Part shown: piece by piece, positions 55,309 to 64,000 of the stretch
Layout of the letters: each line of letters starts with the position of its first letter
Position numbering within the stretch: the first letter of the stretch is position 1
DNA from: Octopus vulgaris
Lineage: Eukaryota
Length of the DNA stretch: 64,000 nt
Assembly (NCBI GenBank): GCA_951406725.2
Contig: OX597820.1
Coordinates: 7,564,001 to 7,628,000, forward strand
Direction: 5' to 3'
The notes under the pieces: model-generated
Seen by the model: only the letters and a program-made list of their open reading frames with translations
What the model was told of the DNA's origin: nothing
The model's database searches: none
Position numbers and translations under genes: made by a program

Positions 55309-55343
<35 letters not shown>

Positions 55344-55559
55344 ATATAAGCATGTATAAATGTTTATATACATATATATATACATATATATGTGTGTGCG
55401 TGTATTTATATATACGTGTTTGTATGGATATACTTCGATACTTTGATAGGTTTCGGCCAGTATTTGCTCACGCCTTGTCTAACCTAATAGCACCACCTGG
55501 CAAAGTCATTCAAATTACAAATCGGACAACATGGCCCACTCGAGGAGAGAGTTATTGCT

Positions 55560-56263
55560 TATAGAGACATATCCGGCTGCAGGAGGTACATTTGGGATTT
55601 CTCGAAGGGATTTCTCCAAAGACTTCTTGAACTTTATGGAGTCTGTTTCTGCTTTAATGTGATTTGGTGTAATGTCTAAGAGGACGGGGCCAATTGAAGT
55701 GAATAATTGTGCCGTATTGTTGTCAAGTGATGCGAGTATGATTTATTTTGTGGGTAGATAGTACGGGTACCAAGTCTTGGGTGTATCTTAAATGTGATGC
55801 CAACATCATTTGGGCAATGCTGATGGAATAATTTCCACATCATGCATATGATGTAGCACTCACGGCGGCATTGGAGGAAATAAAACTTGAGCTTTTTTCA
55901 GCCGACCCCAATAGTCAAGGCCTGTCATGCCATCTATTTTTTTTGTAATTGACCTTTGAGGTGCTTCAGTTTTCATGATACTTTGTTTTGTGTGGGGAGG
56001 CAAAACTATTCAAGGTGGGGTCAGGCAAAAGTAGAGAAGAGAAGAATAATGGTGTGGATATCTCTCGACTGGAAAGTTCAGCGAATCCAGGAACACATTC
56101 TGCGGGCCATGTCAACTTTGCTGTTTATATGAGCAGCCCAGCTTATGTTGTTTTCCGCAATTACTCCCAAGTCTCTGATATTGTTGGATGCCATGACAGT
56201 TTCACGTGATGGAAGGGAATGTGGGAGTTTCTGGGTATCCTTTTTTCCATAGTGGATTAACAT
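55560..56263 (-). pseudogene. Decayed CR1-like LINE ORF2 3' portion
   Basis: IRDLGVI..NISWAAHI..ARRMCSWI, then PHLE, PQRSITKKIDGM..LDYWGRLK. Confidence 0.8.
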
Positions 56264-56408
56264 ATATATATATATACTATATCATCTATTATACATATAA
56301 ATACAAACGTGAATATACATGGCTATCTATGAACATCTATCTATATATGTATGTGCATGTATGCATATGTGTGTATATAGTTGTGTTCTACGTATGTGTG
56401 TATGTATG

Positions 56409-56478
<70 letters not shown>

Positions 56479-56536
56479 CATTCGTTGGTGAGAATGTGTG
56501 TATACAAAGCGATGCTTTGAAGAATTCCATAGACTC

Positions 56537-56550
56537 CCGGTAGATGGCGC
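56537..56550 (+). promoter_or_regulatory. Candidate CTCF site (one-mismatch copy at 54645-54658)
   Basis: CCGGTAGATGGCGC matches CCRSYAGRKGGCR; motif match only. Confidence 0.35.
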
Positions 56551-57106
56551 TGATTTGAAGAAATTCTTGTAGAAAACATTGGCAGACATTCCATTGCTAG
56601 AAATCAAGTTTATTAACGGCCAAATCGAATCATCGATTCTACATTCTCCACGTAACACTCTGCCTTATTAAATCATCGGCTAAACACAGAGATTAATAGA
56701 CTTGCCATCGACACGTATAGCATGCAGCTTCACCAGAAACTGATGCTGGCTTCCAGGAACTACAGCATACTCGTCTCCACTATTAAATAATGAACCTGAC
56801 AGTCACTACGATATATATATATATATATATACACACACATATATATATATGCGTGTGTGTATGCATACAGGTAAGCCTGGGTACATATCATACATATATA
56901 TATATACATGCATACACAGATGTATAGATGTATATATATATGTGTATTATTCTTATTTCTTACGCATTTTAGTCATGAAATCGTGGTCATGCTGGAGCAG
57001 CAGCGAGTTTGATTTGAAATATTGTTTGCATCCGCATTTTTTAAGTGTACGTGTGTTTATAGACATACATCTATGCGATATTATGTCATTTCACACACAC
57101 ACACAC

Positions 57107-57138
<32 letters not shown>

Positions 57139-57560
57139 GAAGAGAAAGAGAGATAAATAGAGAGAGGGGCGAGAAAGAAAGATAGAGCGAGTGAGAGATT
57201 ATGATGATATAACATATTGGTATATGTATATAAACAGGTGCGCACTTTACTAGGCATATACGTACACTTAGAACATAAACCGAAACATCGTCGTGCTCCA
57301 GCGTGACCGGAGCCGAGTGGCTGAAACGTGTAAAAGAATAAAAGAATATGCACACACGTATGCACTGACAACCTCCTTCGACATCGGAACTGTCACCCAC
57401 CCACAGATACACAGACACACCCCTTAAAAACTCCTTTTAAAACTACCAAACATACCACGCTTACGTTACACAAAGTTCGCGCGTTTTTAAGTCCTTGCCT
57501 CTCACCTCCACTGTTACATCTCTGTAAGTAGAAACCACATCTCACCCTGCTCTCTCTTTC

Positions 57561-57599
<39 letters not shown>

Positions 57600-58099
57600 G
57601 TCCCCCCAACGGTATCTCTCTCCCTCTCTCTCACATCATTTTTCTTTGTACAATCTTTGCTTTTGAGACTATGTTGAACTGTGCTTCACTTCTTCTCAGA
57701 CCCACATACATCAGATTCCTTCTTTGCCCACTGAGCTGTCAGATTTTCTTCCCGAAATATTTATATATATTGAACAGTTTGTTTTCGTAGTAATTTGTCC
57801 TTGATTATCGCTTCTAGATATACGCTGGACTCTACGTAGGGCTTGGAGTATATATACATTCCTTCTATTGATATATATCTTTTGCCAGCATGTTGCGAAA
57901 GTAGAACGGAATTTTTTTTAAAAGGGGACGAATAAAGTGTGATTCTAGGTGAAACGCAACGGAAAAGGGTAAAAAATTGATATAATGAATAAATACCTTC
58001 GTTTCTAAATACATTTAGATTAGATTAGAAAAACTCATCCGCGCTCTAGAAATAGAAAACTGCAAAGGCCGACAGAAATAGAGGTTGGTCAAATAGAAG

Positions 58100-58685
58100 C
58101 TTATAAACATAATATTTTCTACTCTAGATACAAGCCTGCAATTTTAGGGGAAGGAAATAATCGATAACATTGACCTCAGTACTTAACTGGTACTTATTTT
58201 ATCGGCCCTAAAAAGTGAAAGGAAAAGTCGACCTCACGAAATTTGAACTCTAGGAGTAGGGATGGATATTTTTCCCGATATGCTGACGATTCTTATTTCT
58301 TTATTGGCCACAAGGGGCTAAACACAGAGAGGACAAACAAGGACAGACAAACGGATTAAGTCGATTACCTCGACCCCAGTGCGTAACTGGTACTTAATTT
58401 TTTTGACCCCGAAAGGATCAAAGGCAAAGTCAACCTCGGCGGAATTTGAACTCAGAACGTAGGTGGCAGACGAAATACCTATTTCTTTATTACCCACAAG
58501 GACAGAAAAACGGATTAAGTCGATTACGTCGACCCCAGTGCGTAACTGGTACTTAATTTATCGACCCTGAAAGGATGAAAGGCAAAGTCGACCTCGGCGG
58601 AATTTGAACTCAGAACGTAGGCGGCAGACGAAATACCGCTAAGCATTTCGCCCGGCGTGCTAACGATTCTGCCAGCTCGCCGCCT
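58100..58685 (-). mobile_element. Cluster of tandem and partial SINEs (family of 6415-6645)
   Basis: Three repeats of aaggcaaagtcgacctc..ggaatttgaactc. Confidence 0.8.
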
Positions 58686-59489
58686 TCCCGAGGGACGACA
58701 AATGCAAAGTTGGACTCCAAGACGACATTCGAGTTCAAAACTTTAAGAATAGCAGAAAAATTCTGCAAGACATATTCAGATGCTTGAACCATTCTGACAA
58801 TATATGCCCAAGGATACTCGTTCCTAGTTGGGCAACCGGTTTATCAAATTTGTCCAACAAAAATAACATATTCTCGTTTGCAAACGTAGACATGACACTA
58901 TCGGCAACCAAGATCTGATATGAATCTGTGAAAATAAAAGCTCGGGAGATGCTCAAACTGAATATTTTGTCTCCTTAGTGATGACTCGTAGAAATATCTA
59001 TTTATACTGAGGTCAGCCATTTTCATATCAGTAACGTTGGTCTGGCTTTAGAAGACTGGATCGATGTAGTTACATAGGAAGGAGACACAGAACATAATTA
59101 GTCTCACAGGGTTGAGAGACAGAACAGAAATAATTATGGTGTAGCGCTACACTGAGTGAAAAAGGCTTGAAATGAAACAAATATGAATGCATTATGGATT
59201 TATTGCTGGTCTGTTTATAGAAATCACTGAGGTCAGCTTAAACCTAGACTTTATTGTTTGGATTTATCGCTACACACGATGTGGCTGAATCGGTAGTAAA
59301 CTCTGTAATAACTCTAGATATCATGGGTTCGACTCGTGCCCCAGGAATGACCGCTGTTATCATTGAAGTTGCCAAATATCAGAATCTCTACTTAGTATTG
59401 CTTGCTTACACTTTTTCCATATCAGTGACTTTTCGTCACTGGGAAAAGGATATATATTTGCATCGGGAAGCCTACTTTTAATCAACAGC

Positions 59490-60094
59490 CGGTGGTTGTC
59501 ACCAACGGGTGTTGGTAGGGATTTCTTCGATGCGAGTTCGAATCGTTACGCACTGATATTGTATGTTTGTTGTAGGTTCCCCCGCACGGGTGAACCAAGA
59601 TTCGTTGGATTGTGTAAATTATTGAATTTCAGTCACTGGTTCGTTTGCACCTGTTAAAATGTATAAAAAAAGAGAAAAAAAAAAAACCATACAAAAAAAC
59701 AAACAAAAGACTAAGAAAAAGAACAAGTTAAAAAAGGAAAAAAAGTCTGTAAGAACGTTTAATTGTAAAAAAGAAATCGCGGTTTCGCCTCAGAGCAGGA
59801 CCGAGAAAACCGTCTCATATTCATTATAATTTAATTCATTGTAATTCATTATTTTATGTTTTTTTGTTCCCGCTTGTTTGTGTATGTCCCCTCTGTATTC
59901 TGACCTTGTGCCTATAATAAAGAGAAAACCGTTGGTTGTCACTAACGGGTGTTGGTAGTGATTTCTTCGATGTGAGTTCGAATCGTTACATATTGAAATT
60001 GTATGTTTGTTGTAGGTTTCCCCGCGCAGGTAAATCAAGATTCGTTGGATTGTGTAAATTGTTGAATTTCAGTCACTGTTTCGTTTGCACCTGT
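59490..60094. repeat. ~165 bp diverged direct repeat (59490-59654 and 59930-60094)
   Basis: ggttgtcac..aacgggtgttggtag..ttcgtttgcacctgt twice. Confidence 0.9.
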
Positions 60095-60256
60095 ATAATC
60101 CCCGTCTACGGGAAGAGTGAAGAAAGGTGGAGAATAGACAAAGTTACGCAGCGCAACGACACAAGGAATAAATGCCAACACCCTAGAATTTCAAGAAATA
60201 GAAATGGACACAAGAAAGAGGAAGTTGCCAACCCAATACATTTATATATATATATA

Positions 60257-60580
60257 TACTTGCAGAGCAAGTGACCTGATCTGAGATCGTGTGCTGGAAC
60301 GAAAATAATTACAGCGTGGAAGGTGGTTATAAGCCATTTAAGAAACACACAAAACCGTTAGATTCACTTCAACACTTAAATTCAATTTGCCAAACTATTT
60401 TCGTCGCTTTGAGACCGCAACCTGTTCCCTGACAAACAACATGGAATTTTGTCAGTGAACAGGTCGCGGTCTCAAAGCGAGGAAGATATTTTGACAAATT
60501 AAATTTAAATGTTGAAGTGAATCTAACAGTTTTGTGTATTTCTTAAATGGCTTATAAACACCTTCCACGCTGCAATTGTT
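60257..60580. mobile_element. Family G head-to-head fold-back in (TA)n
   Basis: Arms ~60304-60436 and 60448-60580; GTGAACA motif at 60448-60498. Confidence 0.85.
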
Positions 60581-60592
60581 ATATATATATGT

Positions 60593-60649
<57 letters not shown>

Positions 60650-60709
60650 TATATGTGTATATATATATACATGTCTATATATATTTATGTGTGTGTGTTT
60701 GTGCGTGAG

Positions 60710-60925
60710 TCTGTGTCTGTGTTTGCCCCAAATCCACCCACCCCATCATCACGGATGTTGATGTGTTTATGTCCCCCGTAACTTATCGGTTCAGCAAAAG
60801 AGGTCAATGAAATAAGTACCAGGCTTACAAAAAAAATAAGTCCTGGGGTCGACTAAATCCCCTTTAAGTCGGTGTTCCATCATGGCCGCAGTCGAATGAC
60901 TGAAGCAAGGGAAAGAATAAAAGAA
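60710..60925 (+). mobile_element. 3' half of SINE (family of 36884-37300)
   Basis: Shared aataagtac..ggcttacaaaa..catggccgcagtc. Confidence 0.7.
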
Positions 60926-61409
60926 TGCATTCACACACATACACACATGTATATGGGTTTGTGTTATTTAGAAATCTGTGCTTTTTATTTGCTTCCAAGA
61001 TACTATGTATGCTTCTGTATAGTGTGTGTGTGTCTGTGTGTGTGTGTGTGTGTGTATGTGTGTGTGTGCGTGTCTGTGTGATTACAAATGAATTCACTAA
61101 TAGAAAATATAAATATATAGCAAGACAAAACAGAAAACCTACAGATTATTACTAAAAAACATGAACGCCGATATTGTTCCATTATTAGTTGGCAATCGTG
61201 ATAATTAGGTAAGACCTTTCGACAGGTTTTCAAACGCCTATTGCTAAAGTGGACGCCGGAGAGATGATTTATACACATTTACCTCGTGTTCTTCTTACAG
61301 ACGATAAATAAATGTTTTCCCCTAAAAAAACTAATTTCGTAATTTCAAATCTCACGTAGATTTCTTTCGTTAACCTCATTTGTTAAAAATAATAATAATA
61401 TTAATAAAT

Positions 61410-61640
61410 GTTTCAAATTTTGGAGCTAGGCCAACAATTCTAGGGTGAGTGGTATGTCGATTATATCAGCCTTAGAAATTTACTAACAATTCATTTCACC
61501 CCTGAAAGGGTCAAAGGCAATGTTAATTTCAGCGGTCAACAGGCGGAGTACAAACCTAGCGGAATTTGAACTCAGAACGTAAAGAGACAGAAGAATTATT
61601 TCTAAGCATTTCCTCTGACACGTTAACAACTCTACCAGTT
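61410..61640 (-). mobile_element. Old diverged SINE copy
   Basis: ggaatttgaactcagaacgt core. Confidence 0.55.
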
Positions 61641-61792
61641 AATCTCTTTCTTTAACTTCAAACTAGCAGAAAGCCAGCGATTTTCAGCGGAGCAGAACAG
61701 GCCCTGCCAGCGGTTCCCAGCCCTATTATTTAAATAAGTTTTCCCACGGGCCGCTTTTAATATGCTCATCGTTATATATATATTGGGTTGGC

Positions 61793-62535
61793 GGATCTTT
61801 TCCTTTTGAACGGCAGTTTTCAACACAATTTCTAGTTAACTAAACACTTTTAAACTTCGTATACTGGTAGAATGTGGCTTTCTTGAGAAAATTGTAATTC
61901 GTAAGTTTAACGTAGTTTAATTTATCGAATTTTAACCAATCAATGGCCTCTATTGAGCTAAAATCATTTGCTGCGTCTAAAACTGAGATAGCATCCTGTC
62001 AATGTTATGTTTACGTACGGAAAGCGTGTGTATAAAATTATAGAATTATTTTGTTTGTTAATTGTTTAAATTATTTTCCATTGCTTTCGTTTTAGCCTTT
62101 CGTTTTTTTTTCTTAAACAATGGAAAATAGTTTAAACAATACACGTGTATCTCAAAACAACAACTGAAAACAAAAACAAAACGAATAATTTTAGACACAC
62201 GCGTAACAATTAAATTAATTTAACAATTAAGAAAAAAAAACGAAAGGCTAAAATTTAGGGTTAGGGTTAAGGTTAGTGTTAGGGTTAGGGTTTGGGTTAG
62301 TGACAGGATGTTGTCTCAGTTTTAGATGCAGCAAATGATTTTAGCTCAATAGAGGCCATTGATTGGTTAAAATTCGAAAAATTAAATTACGTTAAGCTTA
62401 CAAATTACAATTTTCTCAAGAAAGCCAAGAGAAAAAAATGCTTTATTTTGACACATTCTACCAGTATACGAAGTCTAAAAGTGTTTAGTTAACTAGAAAT
62501 TGTGTTGAAAACTGCCGTTCAAAAGGAAAAGATCC
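61793..62535. mobile_element. Long-TIR non-autonomous DNA transposon (Merlin-like) with internal TTAGGG repeats
   Basis: ~210 bp TIRs starting GGATC; 8-bp flanks gggttggc / gggttagc; (TTAGGG)-like array at 62254-62300. Confidence 0.78.
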
Positions 62536-63732
62536 GGGTTAGCAACTAAGTTCTCGCTGGGTTTTTTTATTATCTCGGAATTCATTGCATTGTTGTATTC
62601 ATGCAACGTATGCATATGCGTGTATATATGTGTGTGAATATGTGCGTGAGGGCTGGTAGCCGCACAGTTCTATTCACGTGATCTGTTAAATTCTTTTGTT
62701 GCTCTTAGCAACAGTACCTGAATATAGTGAAGCACGTCTGGTGCTAAGACAACCATTCCTGCCAGTGGTGGTGTTGATGGTGGTGGTGGTAGAGGCACAG
62801 GAAGAGGAGGTGGAGTACTTAGCCGATGGAATAAAACTAAGACGGCCTCCCACAGTTCATGAAGCTGCCCTGTGGCTACCACATAAACCTTGTCCGGTAA
62901 AATTTAACGCATCAACCTTGAAGAAACCCAGCAGACAATGAATTCTATACGGTTGCTGTCGTCTGCTAGAAACAGCAACCAAGTTACATGCTAACATTTT
63001 AACCAATATATAAATGCGTCGATATGCTGTCCGGGTGAAATAGTCGGACAGACAGTGGCAAAAACGTTTGATCTTAAATCTGGTGGATCAAGGCTGACAT
63101 GCAAATAAACAATATTAACAATGATACACGGTTAAGACATAAATCTCTCTCTCTCTCTCTCTCAAAAACAACTTATTTTAATTTCCTTTCAATATTACGA
63201 AAAAAATAAAATAAAATCGATCTATTTGTCTGGTTCACAACATGAATAATTATCTTTATAATACGAGCAAATAGGAGTAACTGGATCGGGCTAATGGTGT
63301 GAAGTTCGATTATTCGGGGTGAAATAAGCAACGATTTTTCAATACATGAAAATTTGATAGACTAAAACCTATCGGTAAAAAGTTGGGAGTCTGAAAAGAC
63401 AGGGGAGGCATTCTCTACGAATTAATGATATACGACAAAAAAAAATTTAGTTGTGTGAAGTGGAAAAGATCTAATTAGTGTTAACAAGCAAGAATATAAA
63501 AAAAGAAAAGACGTTTCGATTTTACAAGACATCGTCAGCACAGCTTTGTCTTCCCATATCAAGTTTGAAAAATGTTGAGATCTTGTGAAGGTACACACAC
63601 ACACACACACACACACACAAGGACATGCACACATGCACCCACGTACAGACACATACACAGGCATATACACATGCACACATACGCTCTCTCTCACAAGTAT
63701 ATACATACATGTGCATACAAACCGTTATGTAA

Positions 63733-63800
<68 letters not shown>

Positions 63801-64000
63801 GTGTGTGTGTGTATGTACATATATATTTATATGCATATACTAATACGCACTTACACATACATACATATGTGTGTGTGTGTGTGTGTAGATGTATATATTT
63901 ATGCATTGTATATACGTATATAAATTTTTAATATATATATATAAGTGTGTGAGTGTGTATAATTTCGTGTATTATATATCAATACGATATATATGCATAT

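Noticed and set aside
58735-58956. Possible host exon on the minus strand
   Set aside because: An acceptor-like site exists, but there is no recognisable domain or clear donor.
62254-62300. Telomere or chromosome end
   Set aside because: Short, degenerate and internal to a TIR element.

Overview
AT-rich, microsatellite-saturated animal genomic DNA. The SINE families and repeat landscape suggest an octopus or other cephalopod (inference). No host gene can be called with confidence; most ORFs in the track are simple-repeat artefacts. The window is a transposon graveyard: a decayed RTE LINE, two mariner relics, a piggyBac relic, six non-autonomous Helitrons, tRNA-derived SINEs, CR1-like fragments, MITEs and many Penelope-like elements (PLEs). 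Main points: (1) a ~9 kb head-to-head palindrome (45441-54545) of two 5'-truncated RT + GIY-YIG PLE copies, each ending in a type I hammerhead ribozyme and a (TA)n tract; (2) about a dozen hammerhead motifs from at least five PLE-terminal families, including one family with a swapped G3:C8 core (GUGAACA) in several copies and one with CUGAUGC; (3) the same asymmetric fold-back architecture in three unrelated families at 0.3, 1.2 and 9 kb. A 2.8 kb duplication flanking a 100-N gap is probably an assembly artefact. Coordinates of decayed elements are approximate, and all alignments and folds were done by eye.
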